Source: Glycera tridactyla (Eukaryota). Taken from it: 64,000 bases of DNA. The translations under genes and the position numbers were made by a program. The notes beneath the pieces are model-generated. The model did not search any database and was not told where the DNA came from. It was given only the letters and a program-made list of their open reading frames with translations. This document shows positions 23,700 through 34,957 of the stretch, piece after piece (positions within the stretch are counted from its first letter, which is position 1; each line of letters begins with the position of its first letter). The stretch lies in the NCBI GenBank assembly GCA_965644265.1, contig OZ286470.1, forward strand, positions 80,290,001-80,354,000, read 5' to 3'.

Positions 23700-24125
23700 G
23701 GATTTTCCCATCTTCATTTACTTTAGAAAATTATTGCTTTTGTATTTTCCCATCTTCATTTACTCTAGAAATTATTGTTTTTGTTGGAAATTGTGAATTT
23801 GGTTTGTACTTCCGGATGGTCAAATGACCTTCGTCAGATACCTATACTTGTTTTTGTTTCATGCCTGATTAGCATATACTTCTAGAGAGATTAATAATTG
23901 ATAGTTTCTGTTGGAAAATGTAAATTTGATTTGTAATTACAGATATTTAATGACAATTGTTGATAACTACACCTGCTTTAGTTTCATACCTGATTGGCAA
24001 ATACCTCTAGAGAAATTACTATTTGATAGCTTTTGTTGAAAAAGGAGAATTTAGTTTGTAATTCTGGATGGTTATATGATTATTGTCTGATGCCTATACT
24101 TGCATTTGCTCATGCCTAATTGAAC
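23700..24125. repeat. Diverged repeat array 2 (~125-bp unit x3) in the LINE spacer
   Basis: Recurring TTTTGTTGGAAA...AATTTG.TTTGTA...TTTCATGCCTGATT...CTAGAGA blocks. Confidence 0.75.
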
Positions 24126-24698
24126 ATGGTGAAATGACCCAAAGCAGGTCAATGGGAAATCTCAAAAACGTTTTAATAATATGTTGATGTTCTAATAAAA
24201 TGTTTAGGTTTTTAGTTAGGTTGATTATGGTTAAAATTTAAAATTTAATTAATCGTTATTGTTATTGTTTGGAACCTAGTAAGCACAAACTAATGTGAGA
24301 CTATCTGGGATATGTCAATTTTGATCTTTCAAAATGTCAATTTTGATCTTTCATAATGTAATAAGTTAAAAGGAACCTAGAAACATCTGCATATGGTACG
24401 AAAGTCTCTGGGAACAGAAAGTTTGGACCAATGCAGAAAATAAATATTGGAAACTTTTGACCTTTGATTTTTGAAATACTCTATATTATCTAAAATAAAA
24501 CATGATAGCCCAGCTCCTACTCAAATTTGAAAACCCAATTCATCGACATTAATATCTTGTGTATATTTGTATTGATCAACATTTGGTTTAGAAAAGCTAA
24601 CAAAGTTAGCCATTCTTGATTCATTTCATCTCACCAAATCATCAAATGACCCAATAGAATATGATAGATGGAATACCCTTGATGTATTTAATGGACCA

Positions 24699-27600
24699 GT
24701 GACGCCTGTCTACCCAGAGCCCCAACAACCACACTACCAACAACTTCCTCGACATGTACCAAGAATCTCGCCTGAAACAATATCAAATGTATCTTGTTCA
24801 AAAGACTTAAGAGCTCTAAATGGGGTGAGCATTGCATATCTAAACGTAAGAAGTATTGTAAGAAAATTGCCAGAAATAAAAATCCTACTTTATGAGAGTA
24901 ATATAAATATCTTAATTCTTGGCGAGACTTTTTTAAATAATTCAATTGACACTGGAGAGCTTGCTATTCCTGGGTATAAAATAATAAGATCTGACAGAGA
25001 TGGAGGCTCTGGGAGGAGGGGAGGAGGTGGTCTATTGATATATTACAGATCAAATAGAGTATTGGAATTCCTGCCAGACTGGAGTATGTGTAATCAAGAC
25101 CTTGAATGTGTATGGGCAAAACTTTATCTTCCAAACACACGTCCGACATATATTTGTGGTATATACCGTCCCCCTAAGGGAAACCCCAAATATGCACTTG
25201 ATATTTTGGACAACAAGCTAGTTGACATTGCTAGTATGGGGTTGAATGACACCGTAATATTGGGGGATGATAACATTGATATCTCAAAAGACATCAAAAA
25301 CAAGAAGATGATAAAAGAATTTTGCTTTTCGAACCATTTGGACCAATTAATACAGCAAAACACTCGAGTGACCCAAAATAGTCAAACAAACATAGATCAT
25401 ATATATATATCAAATAAAGAACAATATCGTATGGCTGGTGTCCTGGATATAGGAATCTCAGATCATGCAATGGTATATACCACAAGAAAAAAGGAGAGAC
25501 AGTCAAAGAAGAGTAAATATATTTATTTGAGAAATTCTAAACAAGTAAATTATAAAAAGCTTTGTGAAAATATTGAGAAACATGGTCTTGACTGTGTGTT
25601 GGAAGATGATAGTCTGTCCTTTGATGAACAAATTGTTAAAATATTTGATTGTATTAAAGAAGAAATAGACAAATCCATGCCTCTAAAACGGTACAAAGTC
25701 AGAGAGCTCTGTCCTGAGTGGATCACTGGAAACTATCTCGATGAAGTCCGAAAACGTGAAAGAGCAAGCGAACTCTTTAGGAAGTCACCGTCTGCAGAAA
25801 ATCTGGCAAAAAAAGAACAGCTGCAAACAGAAACCAAAAGAATGAAACTAGAATTACAGCGTACATATTTAGATGAAAAGCTAGCATTGTACAAAGGTGA
25901 CTCTAAAATGACCTGGAAAATAATAAGACAATTTTGGAAAAATGGGAAAAATAAAATTGAGATTACAAAGATTGAGGAAGAAACTGATCCTGCGGAAATC
26001 CCAAACCATTTAAACGACCATTTTGCCAATATTGGGAAAAAACTATCGGAGAAGATCGAGAAAGAAAAAGGTGATCCACTTGGTTGTTTTATGTATGATT
26101 ATAATGACATATTCAAACTGAAATCTGTGAGTGAGAGTGATGTGTACGATCTTGTGAAAACAATCAAAGTCAACAAAGCAGGACGTGATGATGGAGTACC
26201 ATCTAAAATTCTATATGAATGTATTTCTGTATTTGTGCCTCTGCTGACAAAAATTTTCAATGCCAGTATAGAAAAGGGTTTATTTCCGGAAATGTGGAAA
26301 GTCGCTACCATTGTTCCATTGTACAAAGAGGGAAGTCATTCAATATCAAGTAATTATCGACCTATAAGTTTATTATCTGCAACTAGCAAACTACTAGAAA
26401 GACTGATCCACACCCAAATCTATGATTTTGTGGAGCGCATGAATCTGCTGTGTCGGGAGCAGTCTGGTTTCCGGAAGGGTCGTTCCACTGGGACTTGCCT
26501 GTTGGACTATTTGGATAATATCTATCTAAATGTCGAGCAGGGGAGGGCCACTGGAACGATCTCTCTGGACTTAAAGAAGGCTTTCGACACGGTAGATCAT
26601 GCGCTCCTATTACAGAAGTTGAAACGATATGGATTATCTGCCAACTGTGTGAAATGGTTGAAAAGCTACCTGACCAAACGTCTCTGTGAAACAAAAGTTG
26701 GGAATCATGTGTCTACAAGTTTGCCTGTCGAGTGTGGCGTCCCTCAGGGATCAATTTTGGGACCTCTGCTATTTACATTGTACATAAATGATCTACCAAG
26801 TTACCTGCGGGACGCCATAAATCCTACAAACTCGTCAAAGTTGTCGAATGAGAGTAATGTCTGTACAAATATTTCCACTCACTTATATGCAGATGATACT
26901 GCTGTTAGTCTATCAAGCAACTCACCACAGGATCTTGAAAATGGAATGACAAATATTTTGGAATCAGTAATAAAATGGATGAAACAAAATAAACTTTCTT
27001 TAAATTTAAAGAAGACATTTCTGATGACATTTGGATTGCCGAGTAGGATAAGAGATTTCAAAGAAATAGTAGTGCAGGCTGGAGGTGAGAGGCTTGAGCA
27101 ACAGCAGTATACAAAATACCTAGGCATTGTATTGGATCCAACCCTAAGTTATCATCATCACGTGCAGTACCTACAATCTAAGACAATAGGTAAGATTGGT
27201 ATGCTTCGAAGACTTAGACCCTATATAAGTAAGGATACTGCACTGATGTTATACCAATCGCTGATACTGCCGATATTAGATTATGGAGATGTTGTTTTCA
27301 ATAGTCTGTCACAAAGAGACGCCTATACAGTTCAAAAAATTCAAAATGCTGCATTACGATGTATAAGTAGAAAACCAAATAGATACAGTACTTCTACCTT
27401 ACATACCGAATTGAATTGTCAATTATTAATAGATCGAAGGCGAGAGCATGAGTTAATTCACGTACAAAAAACCCTAACTGGAAAATTTAAATCCCTTCCG
27501 CTATGTGAATTACACATAAGTGGACATACTCATGATACTAGGTCAAGGGATCGGGATTTTTTGAAAGTTGAAAAACTAAAATATAAATTTTCTGAAAAGA

Positions 27601-27716
27601 ACTTTCGCCATCGATCTGCAAAGAATTGGAATGAGTTGATAAAATATCACCCCGAGGTTGAGGAAATGGAGACATCAGGTTTCAAGAAATTTTTGAAGGA
27701 ACTTCGAATTTATTAA
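24699..27716 (+). CDS. LINE ORF2: APE endonuclease + reverse transcriptase
   Basis: EN motifs YLNVRS, LGET, IYRPP, GDDN, IDHIY, SDH. RT motifs NYRPISLL, QSGFR, DLKKAFD, GVPQGSILGPLLF, YADD. The frame is open from 24576. Confidence 0.97.
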   Translation: MTPVYPEPQQPHYQQLPRHVPRISPETISNVSCSKDLRALNGVSIAYLNVRSIVRKLPEIKILLYESNINILILGETFLNNSIDTGELAIPGYKIIRSDRDGGSGRRGGGGLLIYYRSNRVLEFLPDWSMCNQDLECVWAKLYLPNTRPTYICGIYRPPKGNPKYALDILDNKLVDIASMGLNDTVILGDDNIDISKDIKNKKMIKEFCFSNHLDQLIQQNTRVTQNSQTNIDHIYISNKEQYRMAGVLDIGISDHAMVYTTRKKERQSKKSKYIYLRNSKQVNYKKLCENIEKHGLDCVLEDDSLSFDEQIVKIFDCIKEEIDKSMPLKRYKVRELCPEWITGNYLDEVRKRERASELFRKSPSAENLAKKEQLQTETKRMKLELQRTYLDEKLALYKGDSKMTWKIIRQFWKNGKNKIEITKIEEETDPAEIPNHLNDHFANIGKKLSEKIEKEKGDPLGCFMYDYNDIFKLKSVSESDVYDLVKTIKVNKAGRDDGVPSKILYECISVFVPLLTKIFNASIEKGLFPEMWKVATIVPLYKEGSHSISSNYRPISLLSATSKLLERLIHTQIYDFVERMNLLCREQSGFRKGRSTGTCLLDYLDNIYLNVEQGRATGTISLDLKKAFDTVDHALLLQKLKRYGLSANCVKWLKSYLTKRLCETKVGNHVSTSLPVECGVPQGSILGPLLFTLYINDLPSYLRDAINPTNSSKLSNESNVCTNISTHLYADDTAVSLSSNSPQDLENGMTNILESVIKWMKQNKLSLNLKKTFLMTFGLPSRIRDFKEIVVQAGGERLEQQQYTKYLGIVLDPTLSYHHHVQYLQSKTIGKIGMLRRLRPYISKDTALMLYQSLILPILDYGDVVFNSLSQRDAYTVQKIQNAALRCISRKPNRYSTSTLHTELNCQLLIDRRREHELIHVQKTLTGKFKSLPLCELHISGHTHDTRSRDRDFLKVEKLKYKFSEKNFRHRSAKNWNELIKYHPEVEEMETSGFKKFLKELRIY

Positions 27717-29407
27717 TTTATTAATTTATTAATTTAGTCTCCATCTACTATGTCATACGTCATACTTCCCAGTTCTCTGTTTCCTTCTTTGTTCTCTGTT
27801 TCCTGCTTTCAATTAAGATAGTATATCAGAAAACATTTATTTTCAAACAACCAGGGGTAAATTCCATGAATATTATAATCAAGACAATATAAATAGATAC
27901 ATACATGGGTCAATCATCATCATCTTCATCACTTATTATTGCATTATCATTAAAATTCATCATTATGTACTCATCTACATTGAACATCATATTTTATGTT
28001 TTTGTTATATCTATGTCGTCATCCTGAAAACGATTTTGTTCTACCTTATGTTTTGACGAATAGAAATAAAGTTATTTGAATTGAATTGAATTGAATGTAC
28101 ACATAATAGATGGCATATGCCCGGGACATCACAGATGGATGCATTCACCCGTTTCGAAGGTTCGCACGACTGGCAATACCCAGGACCATTATACTCATTC
28201 ATTACTAATCGATCAAGATCTGATTACAGTTCCTCTGAAGTGATTTCATATATAAATTGTTTCAATCTTCTAGCAGAATTTTTCTTCTGTTGTCACTTCA
28301 GTTTCTATTTAGCCACAACCAAAGCTCCTTTTTAAATGTGTTTATTTGGTCAAGTTGTTGTACTTCAACTGGCAACTTATTCCATGTTCTAGGACCATGG
28401 GTCGAAAAGTTGTGGTGGTGGTGATGGTGGTAATAGTGGCAGTGGTGGTGTGCAAGCATGGAAAGTCTTCATCAATCGGCCATGTAATCAAGTGCACATC
28501 AGAGTACAGAGAGCGCAGGGGGAAACAAGTGCTTTCCCACACTGCCACCCCACTATCCAAGGACTAGTATTTATGACTGATCTAATCTGGCAACCCACCC
28601 TAATTCAGACATGTATCATATACAGACTCATACTTGTATAGATAATGCCTCTCATCCGATTCCTGCCAAGTTGTGCACCTGGACTGGTCATTATTGCTCT
28701 TGTTGCCTGCTACATCATTAATATTGACCACTTTCATCGCATGTTGAACACGAGCAATTACTCAGGATGGTTTCTGAGAATGTAATTTGTACATTCCAAT
28801 GGTGTATATTTCCATTCTAAGCATCTCCCATTGAGTGGAAATTTCACAAATGATTTGAACATGAGTGTGACTGGATGGGCAACTGGGCCTCTGGGTGTCT
28901 GTGTGAGGAGTGGGGTGTGCTCCTGGCTGGGTATTAACTGTTTCTTGAAGCAGTCTGCATAGTTCAGTACACAAGACAGCTGTTGGCGCCATGCTGTGGA
29001 TCTACCGTATTCTCCCTAATTAGCACCCCCACCCTAAAAAGCCCCCCCCCCCCCCCCCCCTCCCGCGGGAGAGAGAAGTTGCCGACTTGCTTTGATAGTC
29101 TCTCCTTCCTGCTTGATATTTCCACTGTTTTCGGCGAATGTTCAACGGAATTGAGAGATTTATGCATGGATACCACACGCTTTTATACCCTGAAATTCAT
29201 TTGCACAATCGTTTTCACTGTGAGTTCGATATTTCATGGGTTTTAATTGCGGCAAACTTATGTCTGAAAACACGGGATTGACTTGTCAAAGTTAGAATGG
29301 TTATGCAGACGCCGCTGTTTATCACCATCCATTTGACAAATATTCGTCGTATCATCGTAGTTTTATCAGTTTTTTCTCCTATATGACACAAATGGAGACC
29401 AAGTAAT

Positions 29408-29830
29408 TAGGGCTGGGACGAAACACTTTGGTCACGATACGAAACATTTCTAGAAACACACCTCACGAAATGAATGACGAAACGAAATGCCATGCAACCC
29501 TCTTTCAGGAGTCTGGCATGTTCCTTACGGTTGTGAGTGACATGAGCAAGCCACCGTTATTTTGGTGGCCTTGAAATATTGCCGATTACTATCAAATATA
29601 AAGACATTTCTAGTAGAAAGTTCATCAAATCTCCATCATTCAGGCTCTCCGCAATGGGTTTTTTTAAAAACAGAGTGCATTTTCTGTATTTATCATCATT
29701 TGTGAGTACTCATCAGCCATGTTTCTTAGTGTTTCGAAACACTTCGAAACACTCCTCCTAGGTTCGAAACAATTGTTTCTTTTGCAAACGATCGATATTA
29801 TCGAAATTTCGGTGAATCGTCCCACCCTTA
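29408..29830. mobile_element. hAT-type MITE (copy 2)
   Basis: TIR TAGGGCTGGGACGA/TCGTCCCACCCTTA; perfect 8-bp TSD CAAGTAAT. Confidence 0.92.
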
Positions 29831-29897
29831 CAAGTAATATATGTTTATCGAATGTTTCTTTGATATTTCACCAGCCACTGGCGTTATGTTTGCCAAA

Positions 29898-31198
29898 ATA
29901 CAGTGTTGTACTATACGGGCAGTGATGCTAACCATGTTGAATTACAACTCCAAGAAGATTTGAACAATGTTGAACACTGGCTGCGTGCAAATAGGCTCAC
30001 TTTGAACGTGAAAAAGACAAAGTCTATGCTGTTTCACACTAGTAGCTATCGAGGTATAAAAACTCTTGATCTGGAGATGAATTTTGAGAAAATTGAACCA
30101 GTTTTTGTCTTTAAATATCTAGGGGTATACCTGGACCCAACCATGAATTTTAACCATCATATTGACCAGACAATCAAGAAAACCAAGAAACGCCTTGCTG
30201 CCCTTGGTAGGGTGAGGAAATTTATTGACAAAAAACTGTGTCTTATGCTATTTCGTTCACTTGTGGTCCCACATTTTGATTTCGCTAGTATAATCTATGG
30301 TGAAACCTCTGCCAGTAATTTGAATAAATTGCAAGTTCTTCAGAACAGGGGACTAAGAATGGTCAACCAATCTGATAGGTTCAGTTCTGCTCGTGAATTA
30401 CATTTGGAGCTAAAGCAACTGACTTTAGCAGAGCGCAGGAATTTTCATTACGCAGTTTTCATCTATAAAATCAAACATGGTTTGGTTAAATCAGACTTGC
30501 TAACTGGCATGTTTGAACAGGTGTCCCTGATGCATGCTCACCACACTAGATCTGCTGGAAATGACGATTTTGTTGTTCCTAGAACGTATACCAATTATGG
30601 TATCAAATCTTTACTTGTAACTGGTGCAAAGATCTGGAACAATTTGGATGTTGACCTTCGCAGATCCAAAAGTCTGAATATCTTTAAGAACAATTACTGG
30701 AAGTCGAGACCTGCTCGGTTCATGATATTAGATAGCTAACAACTACTTCACCATTTTACTTTTCTTCGTTATTTCTCTCTCGTCACTATTCAGAATATAT
30801 CTGTGAAAAGCAACTCGAGTAATTTTCATACGTATTTGTATCTAGCCTTCCCAATAACCTTTGCATGTCTCTTTGCAGTCCATGTATAAATCTGGATCGT
30901 TTTACTGTAAACTGAATGATATCCGCCTATACTACCCTTTCCTCCAAAGCACGTACCATTTTCCTTGAATATTCTATAACCGGTTGGTTGAATTGATCAC
31001 TGAAGCCAAACATATGGTATTAATATACTAATATGATGAAACATGACTAGAAGGTTTATGGTATCTGGTGGTAGCCGAGATCAGCGCTTTTTGCTGGCAT
31101 ACTTCGCATTTTTATTTGTGTTTTTTGTACTTTGAAATGTTGCTACATTCGCCAGAGTAAATAAAGTTTTTGTCATACTGTCATACTGTCATACTGTC
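29898..31198 (+). mobile_element. 5'-truncated CR1/L2-group LINE, a different family from the 18-28 kb element
   Basis: ORF 29903-30739 is the post-YADD RT C-terminus (WLRANRLTLNVKKTK, FKYLGV, IWNNL). AATAAA at 31160, (TGTCATAC)3 tail, possible AAATAC TSD. Confidence 0.92.
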
Positions 31199-31489
31199 GA
31201 AATACCCGATTATCGCCCATCGGCAATTTTGTCACATCTCGAACAATTAGCAAGCGCCCCGGGGCACTAATTAGGGAGAATACGGTACGTCCAAATCCTC
31301 AAGAAATCGCATGATATTCAAGAATATGATTTGTACATTCCAATGGTGTATCATGAAATATAGTTTCATCCAGATTGGTTTAGTTAATTTGGCTTCATTT
31401 CTTTTTCAGCAATACTTGATTGATTGATTGGCTGACTGATTGACTGATGTTTTCTATCGACCTATCGAATTTAATATGTCATGTATTCC

Positions 31490-32108
31490 CAGTCTTCAGA
31501 AAAAATATTATCAGCTACTCTCCCATTGGGAGAGCAGACTGGAAGAATCACTTTTCATGAAATATATTCACTCCCCAAAATATGTGCACTTTCAAAAAGC
31601 TTTAGAGCAAGAAATTTTTGTGCATGAACACTTCATCAAACTTATCTTTCATGTGAGTGATGACCTAGGCTAAGTACCATCAACCCATGTTTTGCTGAGG
31701 TTTCTTCTTCAGAATCAAACATGTGTATGTATGTGCAAATTCATCTGATTGGGAACTAGATTTTTTCTTGGTGATGCAAAACTGATGTTTTGTCTTCACA
31801 ATAAATTCATCATTCCCTCATCAACTGAAAAAAATCACACTCTCCCACCAGGAGAGCAAGTTTGGTCTTTTCACTCCCTCAAAATCTAATACAGTAAAAC
31901 CTGTCTTGGGAGACCAAATGTCACGAAAAGTGGTCTCTCAAGACAGGTGGTCTCTCATCGGAGGTATATTCGACTATGTCAAATAAAGAAGAGCCAATGA
32001 AGAGTGGCCTCCCATTAGAGGGTGGTCTCCCAAAAGAGGGGTCTCCCAAGACAGGTTTCACTGTACACTCTCCGCTATATTCAGGAGAGTAGCTGAAATC
32101 AGAGACTG
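31490..32108. mobile_element. CAGTCTTC-family TIR element with 6-bp TSD; contains MITE A 31892-32063
   Basis: Homologous to 41727-42070 (CACTCTCCC repeats). TSD TATTCC at 31484-31489, reconstituted on the right across the MITE A at 32111-32857. Confidence 0.7.
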
Positions 32109-32110
32109 TA

Positions 32111-32857
32111 CAGTGAAACCTGCGACTAGAGACCGCCCGAAATGTCACCGAGAAATGGTCTCCCCAAAGAGTCTCTTGTCAGAAGTACTGTAGTCTCGCG
32201 CGTGTACGCGCAGTGAGCGAAATCGTGACATTTCGACGAAACGGGGGATGCGCGTATGCCCGAGGGTGATTCGTGCATGATTCGTGCAAACGCGCACCTT
32301 GTCGAGACTATCTGTTTTTTGCTTTATTCTTCGCCCTATCACGTGGAACGAAGCACTTACCAACACCCGGCCGCCATTTTTCTTGATGATGTAAATATTA
32401 ACTTTATTTCTCCCATGATGCCTTGCGACCGCGAACCCTAGTCCCAACAGGACCGTCTGCGATCATTTATTTGTATAGCTCAAATAGAGAATGAGGTTGG
32501 GGTTGGAGGGAACAGGGTACGCACGATTGATATTTTTCAACATCTCCCATCATGCAATGCGCGGAGGAGACGGATACAAGATGGCGATTCGTTGACAATG
32601 ATGAGTAAAAAGATCGATTTCTCGTTCATTCTTTCGGGTTTCACACATTTCAAACGTGATTTTTTTGAGGGTATGCGCGAGGACATGCGCGTATTCCGAC
32701 ATTTTGACGAAACGGGGGATGCGCGTTTGTCCGAACCTGCGCGTACACGCGCGAGACTACAGTATATTTGACTATGTCAATTACAGAAGCTGTCCTGGAA
32801 AAGTGGTCTCTCAATGGAGGTGGTCTCCTGCAGGGTATCCCTACACAGGTTACACTG
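32111..32857. mobile_element. MITE A carrying a nested 575-bp element
   Basis: TIRs intact; split at the central GAAGTA|TATTTGAC. Confidence 0.85.
32188..32762. mobile_element. 575-bp TA-TSD element with 26-bp perfect TIR
   Basis: CTGTAGTCTCGCGCGTGTACGCGCAG / CTGCGCGTACACGCGCGAGACTACAG with TA flanks; CpG-rich. Confidence 0.92.
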
Positions 32858-32987
32858 TATTCCATATCCATGAGAGCTGGATGTCTAGTACAATTCACAC
32901 ATCACTCTTGAGATGCTGAACACAAGATGATGAGTAATGTATAAGAAGCATATTCAAACACTTTGCATAGTTCTTGAACGGTTTCTA

Positions 32988-33326
32988 CAGTGTAACCTGC
33001 GACGAGAGACCACCCTGAATCTCACAAAAAAGGGTCTCTCAAAAGAGGTGGTCTTTTGTTGGAGGTACAGTCAAACCTGTCTATAAAGACCGCCCTCGGT
33101 CGCATTAAAAAGTGGTCTTTATAGGCAGGTGGTCTCTATAGAGAGGTCATTTACTGTTAAAAATACTACCGTGGTCGCAGCTCAGGGTGGTCTTTATAGA
33201 GAGGTGATCTCTATAGAGAGGTGGTCTTTAGAGTAGGTACGACTGTATATTTGACTCTATCATTCCGAAAAGCTACCCTGCACAAGCAGTCTCTTGTCAG
33301 GGGGTCTCTCATCACAGGTTTTACTG
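32988..33326. mobile_element. MITE A with nested MITE B (33068-33245)
   Basis: GGAGGTA|[B element]|TATATTTGAC. Confidence 0.88.
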
Positions 33327-33950
33327 TATCGTAGTTGAAACCCTCGGTCATTGAGATTAAAGGGTTAACAGACCAGTGCACATCTGGCAAGCTTTTCACT
33401 ATCATCATCAATGATTGAATGACAACTCTTCAATTATTCAGTCCTGGTTTATTCTGGTCAATGCCTTCCCTGCCAATGCAAGTGCTGGCAAGATGACCTG
33501 TACAAGCCTTTTTTCAAGCAAATGCACCTAGCCTATATACACACACACACCGCATGTATTTCACCATATTTAGTTAGATACCATTATCATAATATGGGGC
33601 TATTTTTGAAATTTTGTTCAAAAAAGATCTGGTGACGTTAGAGTGACTGAATTACCATTTTACTCATTGAGAAAGTTGCATTCTTGGCTTTTGTGCGCCA
33701 ATGTGACCTTGGCTACAAAAACTATTCAAATTACTTTTAGACTGGCATCATCGGGCAACCTTGCAAATGTCAAGATTTCTTGATCAGCGTAGCTTCAACT
33801 GATATTTTTACAGTGGTATCTAACTGAACAAGAGTGTGATTATCAGGACTGCAATTATGACCAGTCTTCCATAAATACTCCCTGAGATCTGGATCTTGAT
33901 CAAATCAATAGATTTCAGAATGAATCAAAAATCACTGAGAAATTGAAATA

Positions 33951-34957
33951 CAGTCTAACCTGCTCTAATGACCACCTCTCTATAACGACCACCTCGCTTC
34001 AACAACCACCCCTGACCGCGACCAAAGTATTTTTCACTATAATTGACCTCTGTATAGCGACCACCTGCCGACTCCGACCAGCGAACGCCATGTTTGGTTC
34101 CCGAACATCCCTATAATGACCGCCACGGCCGTATCCAAGACCAGGAAATGTGCTCAGTTTGCCTGCTCGCTGCTTGCATTCTTACCGCCATTCCCTTCTA
34201 ATGACCGCCCAGTGGCCGGCCGGGATTGTCTTTACTCGAGCCCGTGATATGTGCTCAGATCAGCTCACTTGCTCGCTGCATACATCCTAGCTTACCCCCT
34301 TCTAACAACCCCCGTGGCCGGCCGAGATTGTCTTTTCTCGAGCCCGTGATATGTGCTCAGATAAGCTCACTTGCTCACTACATACATCCTAGCTTACCCC
34401 CTTCTAACGAACCCCGTGGCCGGCCGGGATCGTCTTTACTCGAGCCTGTGATATGTGCTCAGATCAGCTCACTTGCTCGCTGCATATATCCTAGCTTACC
34501 CCATTCTAACGACCACCATGACCTGATATGCTCAAATACGAATTGAGCAGTCAATTTTGTGAGTGAAACACGTCCAAATTGTGAACTTTATCAACCTGCA
34601 GACGAGCACCTGTTCATACTGACATAAGATGGCAACGTACATCCGGGTCTCACAAATCGTTACCATTATTTCAAATGAAATTCTTTCATATTTCGTAAAA
34701 TTATCATCAAAGCGCAAAAGATCACCTGCTAGAAGCTCTCAAATTGTCTTCATATTCGAAAAAATGCGAACAATATATTTTGTTTGCTAATCCGTATTCG
34801 TGATGTTTACAAAAATGGCGGACAAGAATTCTGCTGTTGGCGAAAATATCGATACAGACGTGTGTATTTTTCATCTGAACCTCTCTATAACGGCCACCTC
34901 TCTATAACGACGACTTTGGGTGCGACCAGAGGTGGTCGCTATAGAGAGGTTCGACTG
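33951..34957. mobile_element. ~1-kb non-autonomous element related to MITE B (family E)
   Basis: TIR CAGTCTAACCT/AGGTTCGACTG; CGACCACC repeats; internal 102-bp unit x3 at ~34193-34512. Confidence 0.8.

Larger units (their letters stand above)
18400..28096 (+). mobile_element. Full-length-looking CR1/L2-group non-LTR retrotransposon with three ORFs
   Basis: Three uninterrupted co-oriented ORFs; a 3' UTR with AATAAA at 28065-28070 and a (TTGAA)4 tail at 28076-28096. The 5' boundary is approximate and there is no clean TSD. Confidence 0.85.
29005..31285. mobile_element. pogo/Tc1-type non-autonomous element hosting two nested insertions
   Basis: TIR CCGTATTCTCCCTAATTAG at both ends, with TA on each side. 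Confidence 0.85.

Noticed and set aside
18386-28110. TACATCATAATACATG (left) versus TACACATAATAGATG (right) as the TSD of the large LINE
   Set aside because: It needs an indel and a mismatch in an otherwise young element, and AT-rich chance similarity is likely.
34226-34546. 106-aa ORF with a thrice-repeated peptide
   Set aside because: It arises trivially from a 102-bp (multiple of 3) tandem repeat inside a non-autonomous element.
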